Assembly (NCBI GenBank): GCA_963832745.1
Contig: CAWHVC010000005.1
Span: 416,001-480,000 of the forward strand
Reading direction: 5' to 3'
Origin: Candidatus Bathyarchaeota archaeon
GTDB taxonomy: Archaea > Thermoproteota > Bathyarchaeia > Bathyarchaeales > Bathycorpusculaceae
DNA length: 64,000 nt
Positions 1 through 9,080 of this stretch are shown piece by piece. The position numbers were made by a program, and so were the translations under genes. Below the pieces are notes generated by a model that was not told where the DNA came from, ran no database searches, and saw only the letters and a list, made by a program, of their open reading frames with translations. The first letter of the stretch is position 1. Each line of letters starts with the position of its first letter.

Positions 1-880
1 AGTCACGCCACTCCTGTGCAGTATTGCAGGTAAGGATTGCTTTGATTATGGGAACCCCAAGTTTTTTGAGTACCCCAGAAGCTTCTGCACCGGAAAGGCA
101 GGTTGTGAATGAGAAAGAGAACAGGCTAACGACGACGTCAACTACGGGTTTGCCGCCTTTTCGGAAGTAGTTATCAATCACCCATTCAAGACCGTTAATG
201 CCAAGTTTCTGGTTTTTTGAACCACTAAAAAACACGGGCAACACGTTTGCGCCTTGACCTTCAATTTCGCGGATTGTATAATCGATGAAGCTTGTGTTTC
301 CGCCTTGCCAGTGACTTTGATGGAACCATAATCCCACAGTCACTTTGTTGGAGGCTACTTTCTTTTCTAAGTATTCAGCCAGCGTGGGGAGATAATCTTT
401 AAAGTCAGGGTGATAAATGCCTTCCCAAACCGGTTTAGAGGGAGCCTCGAAACGGTAGTCGGCACCAGTGAAACGGTTGGCAACACAATATAGCAAGTTT
501 TCAAAATTCTTTTTTCCACCATAGTTGAGGTAGAAAAAGATTTTTTGGCGATCTTCCGGTTCAATTGTAGAGTATTTGTTGTAGTCTTTAGCTCCAAAAA
601 ACGAGGAACACACTACAAGCGGAACCTTAACCTGTTTTAGCGTTTCAACCAGTTTATCCATTTCAGGCAAATCACCCATCAAGTGAACAATAACTAAATG
701 TGCGGTTTTTGAGAACTGGATAAAATCGTCCAAGACGCCGAAATCCCGAAAATCGCCGCCTGTACGAAGACACAACTCAATACTGCAGGGGGTTTTTTGG
801 TTTATTGTTTTAGCCGCTTCTATGGCTGGTACTGCGTCGGTTGGAATTGTTGTGACTAATGCTATTTTTGTAGGGTTCAT
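1..880 (-). CDS. cobN: Cobaltochelatase CobN-family large subunit, N-terminal part (runs off window start)
   Basis: Manually translated open frame from ATG at 880 (MNPTKIALVTTIPTD...YLNYGGKKNFENLL...WEGIYHPD...LKKLGVPIIKAI); motifs typical of the CobN N-terminus; co-oriented with a ChlD-like gene. Not in the ORF track because it is truncated. Confidence 0.85.
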   Translation of the reverse strand, partial: MNPTKIALVTTIPTDAVPAIEAAKTINQKTPCSIELCLRTGGDFRDFGVLDDFIQFSKTAHLVIVHLMGDLPEMDKLVETLKQVKVPLVVCSSFFGAKDYNKYSTIEPEDRQKIFFYLNYGGKKNFENLLYCVANRFTGADYRFEAPSKPVWEGIYHPDFKDYLPTLAEYLEKKVASNKVTVGLWFHQSHWQGGNTSFIDYTIREIEGQGANVLPVFFSGSKNQKLGINGLEWVIDNYFRKGGKPVVDVVVSLFSFSFTTCLSGAEASGVLKKLGVPIIKAILTCNTAQEWRD

Positions 881-895
881 TTCTGTTTTCTCCGT

Positions 896-1702
896 TTAAA
901 TTGTACTGATAAATGGTGACTGTTTAGGAATGGAGTCGGTTAAAATCGGGGTTATTTGGGGTTTACCGATAACTGAACTGGATACTTTTGCTTTGATTCC
1001 GTAAACTGCTTCAATATTTTCTTCAGTCAATACTTCTTCTGGGGTGCCTACTGCGTAAATGGCGCCTTTTTTAAGCATAAGCATTCGATCGGAAAAGCGG
1101 CTTGCTAAATTCAAGTCATGCAGGGTTACTATGACTGAGCGTTCTTTGCTTTGCGACAGACTTTTTAGTAAACAGAGGATTTCGAGTTGATGCTTAATAT
1201 CCAAGGAACTGGTGGGTTCGTCAAGCAGCATAAGTTTTGGTTGTTGGGCAAGCGCTCGTGCAATTATGACTTTTTGCTGTTCACCACCGCTAAGTTCATT
1301 AAAATGCCGCATTGCCAAATGACCGATGCCCAAAAAATCCAGCATGTTAACAACGATTTCGCTGTCTCGGTCGCTTACGCTCCAGTGAATGTAGGGTTTT
1401 CTACCCATCATGACAACGTCGAAAACGGTGAAGGGAAAAGTGCTCGATGAACTTTGGGGAACGTACCCCATGAGTTTAGATAATTCTTTGATGTTAAGTT
1501 GGTTAAGGTCTGTGTTGTCTATCGTGACGGTTTTTTGTTTGGTTTTCAGTATTCTGTTAATGCATTTGAGGAGGGTGCTTTTTCCTGAACCGTTGGGACC
1601 AACTATACTTAGCATTTCGCCGAGGCCAACTTCGAGCGTTATTTCTTTTAGGATTTGAACGTCAGTGTAGTTGAATGAAAGCTTGTTTATTGAGAGTTTC
1701 AT
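896..1702 (-). CDS. ABC transporter ATP-binding protein, iron-chelate/cobalamin (FecE/BtuD) family
   Basis: Walker A GPNGSGKST, LSGGEQQ signature, LLDEPT, HDLNLA. Confidence 0.93.
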   Translation of the reverse strand: MKLSINKLSFNYTDVQILKEITLEVGLGEMLSIVGPNGSGKSTLLKCINRILKTKQKTVTIDNTDLNQLNIKELSKLMGYVPQSSSSTFPFTVFDVVMMGRKPYIHWSVSDRDSEIVVNMLDFLGIGHLAMRHFNELSGGEQQKVIIARALAQQPKLMLLDEPTSSLDIKHQLEILCLLKSLSQSKERSVIVTLHDLNLASRFSDRMLMLKKGAIYAVGTPEEVLTEENIEAVYGIKAKVSSSVIGKPQITPILTDSIPKQSPFISTI

Positions 1703-2790
1703 TTGAAGCTTTGCCTCCGCTTGTTAACAAGCAAGTAAATGAAGAAGGGTACACCGAGCAAGGACGTTACAATGCCGACTGGAATTTCAGTTGGCATAAT
1801 GATTAATCGCCCAACAGTATCCGCCATCAGAAGGGTAAATGAACCAACAAGAATGCTGCAGGGAATTAGGTAACGGTGGTCATTGCCGATTAGCATTCTT
1901 GCAATATGAGGAGCAACTAAATCGACAAAACCAATCACGCCAGTGAAAGCGATTATGCTTGCAGTCGCAACTGTTTCGAGTATCATGTTTATGCTTAGAA
2001 CTCGTTTGGAGTTGACGCCTAAGCTTACAGCAACGTCTTCGCCCATGCTCATTATATTGATGTTCCATGACTGGAAAATCATGATAATTATTGTTACTGC
2101 AACGATTGGCAAGCAGATGAGTATGTTATCCCAGTTTGCAGTGTATAAGCCACCCATTAGCCAGAAAACTATGGCTTGCACGGCTTTTTCCTGAGGCGCA
2201 ACGTACTGAATCAAGGAAAGCAATGCAGAGAAGAGAAAACCAACCGCAACGCCTGCCAGAATCACGGTTTCTGAACTCATACCTCTAACCCGCGCGATAC
2301 AATAAACCACTATCATCGCTAGCATGCAGAAAATGAAAGCGTTACCGACAACAAGGTACCCGCCGACGGCAGATATTACGCCTACACCAAAGACCATGGC
2401 TAACGCGGCGCCGAACCCTGCAGCGGAAGAAATCCCTAAAACGTAAGAAGAAACAAGAGGATTGCGTAGAATGCCTTGCATTGTTGCTCCTGCAGCGGCT
2501 AAACCTGCTCCGGCAATTATTGCCAAGACTATTCTGGGCAACCGTATGGTCCAAATTATTGTTTGCTCCAGCGTTGAGCCGGGGTCAAGATGCAGGAACG
2601 GAAAAGTTTTTGCTGCAATTACACGCAAAGCTGCTTGAATGCTTGGCGAAGCAGCCCCTAGGCTAATAGACACGCAAGCTACAGCTATTAAAGCCAAAAA
2701 AATAGAGAAAATTACGAGTATTTTTCGTTTTTTACCTTTGCTATACTGCTTTTTTACCTCAAGCATTGTAGTATTAGCGGTTGTTGTCAT
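1699..2790 (-). CDS. ABC transporter permease, FecCD/BtuC family
   Basis: IRLPR, QGILRNPL, GEDVAVSLG, GVIGFVDLVAPHIAR, EIPVGIVTSLLGVPFF. Confidence 0.93.
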   Translation of the reverse strand: MTTTANTTMLEVKKQYSKGKKRKILVIFSIFLALIAVACVSISLGAASPSIQAALRVIAAKTFPFLHLDPGSTLEQTIIWTIRLPRIVLAIIAGAGLAAAGATMQGILRNPLVSSYVLGISSAAGFGAALAMVFGVGVISAVGGYLVVGNAFIFCMLAMIVVYCIARVRGMSSETVILAGVAVGFLFSALLSLIQYVAPQEKAVQAIVFWLMGGLYTANWDNILICLPIVAVTIIIMIFQSWNINIMSMGEDVAVSLGVNSKRVLSINMILETVATASIIAFTGVIGFVDLVAPHIARMLIGNDHRYLIPCSILVGSFTLLMADTVGRLIIMPTEIPVGIVTSLLGVPFFIYLLVNKRRQSFK

Positions 2791-4007
2791 GGATACGCAA
2801 ACGTCCCTTCAATTTGTGTTCCAAAAAATTTCTGATTCAATTCTTGGTTAACAGTTGCTGGGTCTATGTCAGAGAAGAGGCTTGGCTGCATCCATTTTGC
2901 CCAGTAAAGATAGCCAACTACACTTCTAACACCATTTCTAGCGCTAAAGTCACAGATGTAGACTCTACCGTTTTTGACTGCGTCGACATCTTGGAGGGTA
3001 GCTCTGCTCATTATATCATTTCTTGCTGCAATGAAATCGTTAGTGTCATGCGTTGTGCTGCTGATCAATGAAATGATTACTGAAGGGTTCTGTTCTACTA
3101 CGAATTCAGGACTAAGTATTGGTGAGAAAACGCTTTGGTTTTCTGCAATGTTGATTCCGCCGCCTTGATACACGGTTTGAGTTACAAATGTTTGATAAGG
3201 ATAGCCGTACCATTCAAGGAAAACTTTGGCTTGCTGTTCAGGTTCTAATGTGTAAATGCGGTCTTTTACGAGTTTATTGTAACTTTGTGCCCAATCAACG
3301 TATTGGGTTACTTGTTCTTGGTGTCCAACGATTGTGGTGAGGTTTTGCATTAAGCCGCAGGCAAAGTCAATTGTTGTCGGTGAAGCATAAAGCTCGTCTT
3401 TAGTCAGCTCAGAGGGGTTAACTGGTTCAGGACTAGTAGTGTCAACGATGTAAACTGGTATGCCTGAACCCTTTAGCTGTTCATAAGCAGTTGGATTGTA
3501 GGGCAACATTGAACTTGCAAAAATAACGTCAGGATTAAGCTCTATTGTGGCTTCAACGTTTGGTGCATAATCATTTTCACCAAGCGAGGTAACGTTTTGG
3601 ATTGAAGGGGGCATGGTGCAGCTGGTTGTGCGTCCAACAATCAGGTTTTGAACGCCCATTGAGCAGAGAATTTCTGTGATGCCGCTGTCTAGGCTAACGA
3701 TGCGTTTTATGGGCAAAGAAATTGTCATGGTATTTCCGGCGCCGTCAGTTACGGTTACGCTTGTTGGACTGGCTGTTGGGGTAAGTGTGGGTGTTGGGGT
3801 TGCTGTTGGTGTGGTGGTAGCGGTTGGATTGGTTGTTTCTGAAGGTGTCGGTGTTGAAGTTGCCGCTGGAGTGTTTGTTGAAGAAGTACTGGGGCCAGGA
3901 GTGGTAGCAGGGGAACCAGACAGGAAAAGGTTGTAAGTTCCGTAAACCAAAGCTGATGCAACAACTAGAATTAGAACGGTTGCGATGATTGTAGCTCTTT
4001 TATTCAT
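2787..4007 (-). CDS. ABC substrate-binding protein (TroA-like/BtuF family) with N-terminal anchor and Thr/Pro-rich linker
   Basis: VTVTDGAG...RIVSL...PNVE..IELNPDVI...AVKNGRVY; operon context. Confidence 0.9.
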   Translation of the reverse strand: MNKRATIIATVLILVVASALVYGTYNLFLSGSPATTPGPSTSSTNTPAATSTPTPSETTNPTATTTPTATPTPTLTPTASPTSVTVTDGAGNTMTISLPIKRIVSLDSGITEILCSMGVQNLIVGRTTSCTMPPSIQNVTSLGENDYAPNVEATIELNPDVIFASSMLPYNPTAYEQLKGSGIPVYIVDTTSPEPVNPSELTKDELYASPTTIDFACGLMQNLTTIVGHQEQVTQYVDWAQSYNKLVKDRIYTLEPEQQAKVFLEWYGYPYQTFVTQTVYQGGGINIAENQSVFSPILSPEFVVEQNPSVIISLISSTTHDTNDFIAARNDIMSRATLQDVDAVKNGRVYICDFSARNGVRSVVGYLYWAKWMQPSLFSDIDPATVNQELNQKFFGTQIEGTFAYP

Positions 4008-4026
4008 TTTTTCTTGTCACCTCTCA

Positions 4027-6042
4027 TTAATCATTTTTATTGTTGATTATCCCGGGACTGTGAAACAATTGATGTTTAACTGCAGAAGCGATGGGTGCAG
4101 CGCTTAATTCTTCCAAACGCAAGTATCGTCCACCCATTTCAGCAGATATCTGCTTGACTAAACCAAAAGGCAAGAAGCACTGTTCCGTATCCAAAGCAAT
4201 CGAAGGGATACTTGTGGAACCTATTTCACGTGCTACAGCTTTGGCTTCCTCTACAGGATCGCCGCCGTACAAGTTGACGTTCGCACGTCCATCAGAAACC
4301 AGAACCAGAAGAGGAACCGCTTCACGGTCTCGACGCATGCAATCTTTAATGGTTTCCATGCCGAGTTTTAACCCGTGAGCCATCGGCGTACGTCCACCTG
4401 TAGGCAGCTGAGTTAGGCATTTCTGGGCTAAATCTACACTATTAGTAGGAGGTAAAACTAGCTCGGCGGTGTTTTTACGGAAAACAATCATGCCTACGCG
4501 GTCTCGCCGTTGATACGCATCAAGCAAAAGAGACAAAACAGCGCCTTTAGTAGCAACCATGCGTTCCTCAGCAGCCATTGAACCACTGCCGTCAACAACA
4601 AAAACGATTAAATTGCCCATTTTTGTTTCGCGGATTTTTTCCCGCAAATCGTAATTTTCGATGATCAAAGTATTGTTACTTGTGGATTCTTGTTTTCGCC
4701 TGTTCTGGAAGGGCGCAGCTGCGCGCAGAGTAGCATCAAAAGCTAAATCGGAAACTTTTCCTTTTGGAACAGCACTATCAACATAACGCCCTTTTTTGTT
4801 GCCGCTTAACGTTTTGGAACGGCGTCCTGCACTGTTACGTTGCATTTCGTCAAGAACTGGAATGGCAAAAGGTTTTACTGTGTAGGGTTGGTCTGCTTGA
4901 AAAACCTGTTCTTTTCCTGCGGATTCCTGCTGCGGTGGCGAAGCTGAAGGGTTTTCTGTATTTTCATGCTCGGACTCTGGAGGTGACTGGTTTGGCTGCT
5001 TGTCTTGGCTCCATTTTTGAAGGCTGTCTTGAATTTGTTGCTGTTCAAGATTGGGTTCTTCAAAGGGTTGACGCCGGTGACGGTGGGGAAGCACAAGTTC
5101 AGCGGCTTCCTTAATATCGTCTTCAACTACTGTGGTGCGTCCATTGTAAGCGGCAAGGGTGCAGGCTGTTTTGTACATTGCTATATCTGCGCGGTGACCG
5201 TCAACGCCTAAATCAGTGCAGATTTGTGTAATCAAGTTTAGCAGGTCACTGCTCAAGGTTACTTTAGGCAAAAGAGCAGTAGCATCATGAATTTTTTGTC
5301 TAACTTGATTTTGATTATCAAACTGTGAAGCAGCAAAAGCTGAGGGGTCATTTTCGTATGCTACACGGCGCCTAATGATTTCTGCACGGGCTTCCTTGTA
5401 AGGAATGCCTTTAACTTCCACTGAAAGAGCGAAACGGTCAAGCAGTTGAGGTCTTAATTCGCCCTCTTCAGGGTTCATAGTGCCAATAAGAATAAATTGT
5501 GACGGATGGCTAAAGGATACGCCTTCTCTTTCGACATAGTTTACGCCCATTGCGGCGGCGTCAAGCAAAACGTCAACTAAATGGTCATCAAGCAGGTTAA
5601 CTTCGTCAATGTAGAGAATATTACGGTTAGCTTCTGCGAGGATACCGGGCTCGAAATGTTTTTGGCCAGTTTTGATGGCTTTCTCTATGTCGATTGTGCC
5701 GACGAGTCGGTCTTCGGTTGCGCCTACAGGCAACTCTACTACATTAACGGCTCGAGGGGTTACTGGAAGTTTTTTACCTTGTGCGGTTTTTGAGAGGCAG
5801 TCATCGCATAATTCTTTTGGCTTGTTTGGGTCGCAGTGGAATGGGCATCCGGAGACGGCGTCAACATTTGGGAGCAGGTTTGCTATGGCGCGGACGGTTA
5901 GGGATTTGCCGGTTCCTTTTTCGCCTCTGAGGAGTACTCCACCTATTTTTGGGTTGATTACGTTTAGGATTAGGGATAGTTTCATTTTTTCTTGGCCGAC
6001 GATAGCGCTGAAGGGGTAGATGGTTTTGTTTCGTGGGTTCAC
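4027..6042 (-). CDS. Chelatase ChlD/BchD-like subunit (AAA+ ChlI-like domain, acidic linker, vWA domain)
   Basis: [41 protein letters not shown]; vWA DGSGSM, TGGRTP, SDGRAN. Confidence 0.92.
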   Translation of the reverse strand: MNPRNKTIYPFSAIVGQEKMKLSLILNVINPKIGGVLLRGEKGTGKSLTVRAIANLLPNVDAVSGCPFHCDPNKPKELCDDCLSKTAQGKKLPVTPRAVNVVELPVGATEDRLVGTIDIEKAIKTGQKHFEPGILAEANRNILYIDEVNLLDDHLVDVLLDAAAMGVNYVEREGVSFSHPSQFILIGTMNPEEGELRPQLLDRFALSVEVKGIPYKEARAEIIRRRVAYENDPSAFAASQFDNQNQVRQKIHDATALLPKVTLSSDLLNLITQICTDLGVDGHRADIAMYKTACTLAAYNGRTTVVEDDIKEAAELVLPHRHRRQPFEEPNLEQQQIQDSLQKWSQDKQPNQSPPESEHENTENPSASPPQQESAGKEQVFQADQPYTVKPFAIPVLDEMQRNSAGRRSKTLSGNKKGRYVDSAVPKGKVSDLAFDATLRAAAPFQNRRKQESTSNNTLIIENYDLREKIRETKMGNLIVFVVDGSGSMAAEERMVATKGAVLSLLLDAYQRRDRVGMIVFRKNTAELVLPPTNSVDLAQKCLTQLPTGGRTPMAHGLKLGMETIKDCMRRDREAVPLLVLVSDGRANVNLYGGDPVEEAKAVAREIGSTSIPSIALDTEQCFLPFGLVKQISAEMGGRYLRLEELSAAPIASAVKHQLFHSPGIINNKND

Positions 6043-6205
6043 TCTGCTTCCCTCTTAATGGTTGGTTTATTTCAATACTGAAGATATAAACCTTGGTTTA
6101 AATTGAATTAATCCCAAGTTGATAAACTCTGGTTGAGCAAAACATCTAACAGAGTTAACAACCCCAAAAACAAAACAAAAACCAAAAAGAAGACCAAATA
6201 AGCCC

Positions 6206-7423
6206 TTATTGGAAAATCTTCTGAACGCGATAAATTTGCCACCCTACAGGAAAAGTAATCGTTCTAACCAGTTTCCCTTCAGGCGTAACCTCAACAATTA
6301 CGGCGCCAGAATTATCAAAGTCCCAAGGCTGATTCTGATCAAACTGGTGAGTAGGCGTTCCAAAGCAACCCATAAAATTGCCGTTTGGCAGAATTATTGT
6401 GGAACCAAGGTAGGGGGTCCAGTAGCTTTTTGGCGCTGTCCAGCTCCATGTTGTTTTGGCAGTCATATCGGTTTCATTAACACTAACAAGTATCATGCGA
6501 GATTGACAATTGTCAGGGTTAGTTATGTTGTCAAAGTCGTTGTCAAACATGGAGAAAACGTTTGGCGCAACCTGTGCGAGGTCATGACTATGGTACCATA
6601 GGCTGATTGGTGAGCTGCCGTTTTCATCTAAGAGAGTAAAATTGCCGAATTGTCCGCACGCCCAAATTATGCTACCATCCGACTGGTTGATTTTGTAGAA
6701 TGTGTTTGTGTGACGCAGGTTTAAGTAGATTATACTGTTATTGTAGTCCCAATCTAATGCGTTAGCATGCGTGAAATCTATTACTGTTTGGGAACCCACT
6801 GTTACTGTTAGGTTAAAAGGATCAGCTTCAGTTAAGGGTATATTATTATAGGTATCCCAAATCCAAAGGACGCCTCCTGTTGCGTTTACCAATTCAATCT
6901 TGTCATACAAGTAAGTGTTGTTGCCAACGGTTCGAATGTAGGGTTGAAGCGTCATGAAAGTGTTGTTAACAGGATTATAAGCGATATCATGATGGCTCTG
7001 AACATCAGGGAAGTTTGTAGTCTGATTGACAAGATAATTCCAAAAATGTGTTGCAGCCAAAGGATCATTCCCTATCGTAGTTGTGGGTTCGCCTTGAAAA
7101 AGCAAAGTATTAGCTGCTAAATTTTTTATGGCCCAATAATTTTGGCCGCTGGTTTGTCGCCAGTAGAAAAGTTTGCCTTCAGTGTTCATTATAACAAGGG
7201 TACTGCCATACGTGACGTCGAGATTGTTTGGGTCAAGATGCATTGCGCCAAAAGTTATGTTTCCCTGCCAAGCAGCGTCTTTGTCATACGTCTTTATGGT
7301 AAAGGGCAAATCAGGTTGAACAATTTTAGAGTTATTTTGAATCACTAAAAAGAAAACAGCAGTAGCTAAGACAATTATCGCTATAACAAGAAAAGCCAAA
7401 ACTGCCCTTGTTGTTTTAGGCAA
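6206..7423 (-). CDS. Aryl-sulfate sulfotransferase (ASST)-like membrane-anchored protein
   Basis: HHDI, DFTHANAL, WYHSHDL, MFDN, YRV motifs; N-terminal TM helix. Confidence 0.75.
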   Translation of the reverse strand: MPKTTRAVLAFLVIAIIVLATAVFFLVIQNNSKIVQPDLPFTIKTYDKDAAWQGNITFGAMHLDPNNLDVTYGSTLVIMNTEGKLFYWRQTSGQNYWAIKNLAANTLLFQGEPTTTIGNDPLAATHFWNYLVNQTTNFPDVQSHHDIAYNPVNNTFMTLQPYIRTVGNNTYLYDKIELVNATGGVLWIWDTYNNIPLTEADPFNLTVTVGSQTVIDFTHANALDWDYNNSIIYLNLRHTNTFYKINQSDGSIIWACGQFGNFTLLDENGSSPISLWYHSHDLAQVAPNVFSMFDNDFDNITNPDNCQSRMILVSVNETDMTAKTTWSWTAPKSYWTPYLGSTIILPNGNFMGCFGTPTHQFDQNQPWDFDNSGAVIVEVTPEGKLVRTITFPVGWQIYRVQKIFQ

Positions 7424-7465
7424 AAAAATCGCAACAATAAGATATTGTTAGGGGAGGATTTAAGT

Positions 7466-8389
7466 TTAATTTGCATGCAGTTGAAGGTATTTTTGTTTTG
7501 AGAATTTCTTTAATAGTAGCACTGTTAAGGTTCCAAGAAATATTGGTACAGCAATCCAAGACGAGAATTCTGGAATTTCAGGGTTATAGGTGGTTACTTT
7601 AAAGCTTGAACCGTTATCTGTAAGATTTGAAACGTAGGCTAACTGGGTGGAATTATCGCTGGTATGCAATCCTTGGAACATTAGTAATTGAGCAAACGGG
7701 TAACTGTTTATTGGTCCTGTCTGATTGTTGATTGTTGCTGTGCAGTTAGTGTAAGTTAAGCTGCTTATGTTTGCCAGTGTTGCAAGACTCTGGTTCACTG
7801 TGGGTCGTTCAAATATCCATTCCGCAGAATTTTGAGAGGAAGGATAAATTATTGTTCCCTGAAACTGTTCAGTACCATTAGAAACGGTTACCTGCCACAA
7901 GCCAGTATTTGGATTAATAAGAGCTAATGAAGCTGTAATGTTAGCGCCCGGCACAACAGTAAGCGCATCTAATGTAACGGCATCGTTAGGCAAAACTTCA
8001 TACCATAAATCATAAACTGCTTGACCATTTATTGAATCCTGTTCACTTCCCACTTGGATAAGTGAACGGTCAAAAAATCCGCCAACGCCAATCCAAATTG
8101 CAGAGAAAGAATCGTTTTCTGAAACAGTCACCTGCGGAATAGTCCAAGAAGCATTGATTTGAGTCACAGTTTGTGATGGATTTAAAAGATCAGAAGCAGC
8201 AATGTATCCAGCCCAGTTTGAATCATTCTCAATTATTGGCTGATTAGAAATTACAGGCGAATTTGAACAATAAACAGGAGTTGCAGCATAATTTTGGTTT
8301 ATTACGCCGTAAACTGCAAGAATAGCCAAAAATAATATGCCTATGAGAAATAATGACTGAAGTTTGGTCGTTTTACTCAAATCAATCAC
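7466..8389 (-). CDS. Glutamic endopeptidase, family G1 (peptidase A4), with PEF-CTERM-like sorting signal
   Basis: SNWAGY, WIGVGG, LIQVGSEQD, SAEWIFERP; C-terminal IPEF, TM helix and basic tail. Confidence 0.85.
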   Translation of the reverse strand: MIDLSKTTKLQSLFLIGILFLAILAVYGVINQNYAATPVYCSNSPVISNQPIIENDSNWAGYIAASDLLNPSQTVTQINASWTIPQVTVSENDSFSAIWIGVGGFFDRSLIQVGSEQDSINGQAVYDLWYEVLPNDAVTLDALTVVPGANITASLALINPNTGLWQVTVSNGTEQFQGTIIYPSSQNSAEWIFERPTVNQSLATLANISSLTYTNCTATINNQTGPINSYPFAQLLMFQGLHTSDNSTQLAYVSNLTDNGSSFKVTTYNPEIPEFSSWIAVPIFLGTLTVLLLKKFSKQKYLQLHAN

Positions 8390-8484
8390 CTTTTAGAATA
8401 GAGCCTTCAGCAATACTGCTTTTGAAGACTTAAATGAACTTATGTGACTGTAACAAAACTACCAAAAATCATCAAAAAGGTAAA

Positions 8485-8814
8485 TTATAAGTGTGGTTTA
8501 TCGCATTCTTGCTTAAGGTTTATGTCTTTTATGCGTTTGTTTATTACTTTTTTGATTTGCGGGTCGTCTTCTTTTTTGTCTGCTTCAGTTAGTAACCGTT
8601 TTGCTAAGATGAGGCTTTTTGGACCAAAGGTTTTTGCGAATTTACTTGAACGTTTTTCCAGAAGCCGGAAGTATCGGGGTAGGACACAGACGAAGTTTAA
8701 GGGGTATTGACTGGATTTGTCTAGGTCTACGACGACTAGTTGGATGTCGGAGCCTGTTTGTTGGTTCCCTTTTTTTATAGCGCACAATTTTAGTTTCACG
8801 TTGTACCCCCACAT
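8485..8814 (-). CDS. Hypothetical protein
   Basis: 109-aa ORF with plausible composition, divergent from lhr. Confidence 0.6.
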   Translation of the reverse strand: MWGYNVKLKLCAIKKGNQQTGSDIQLVVVDLDKSSQYPLNFVCVLPRYFRLLEKRSSKFAKTFGPKSLILAKRLLTEADKKEDDPQIKKVINKRIKDINLKQECDKPHL

Positions 8815-9080
8815 TTCAACCGCTAATTTGTTGTCAAGATTATACTAACTCTTGGTTCAACAATTCCCACATCTTCATAGCTAGGAACGCAACCATATAT
8901 AATTATCCATCAAAAACACCAGAAAAACCCAAAACATAAAAATCTCCAAGAAATGAAAAATCATCAAAGAAAAAACAGCCAAAAAGACAATAATAAGCAA
9001 AAGCAAAAACAAGGTTTTTCAGGCTTAATCTCGACCTTTCTAAGCTAAAAAGTTAAAACCACACAATTCTATGCAACAAT

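Noticed and set aside
4850-5060. Programmed frameshift in the chlD linker producing a ChlI-like product
   Set aside because: The ORF is continuous and I see no convincing slippery run in the linker.
6043-6205. Cobalamin riboswitch upstream of the chelatase operon
   Set aside because: Short AT-rich leader with the TATA close to the start; no B12-box-like sequence.
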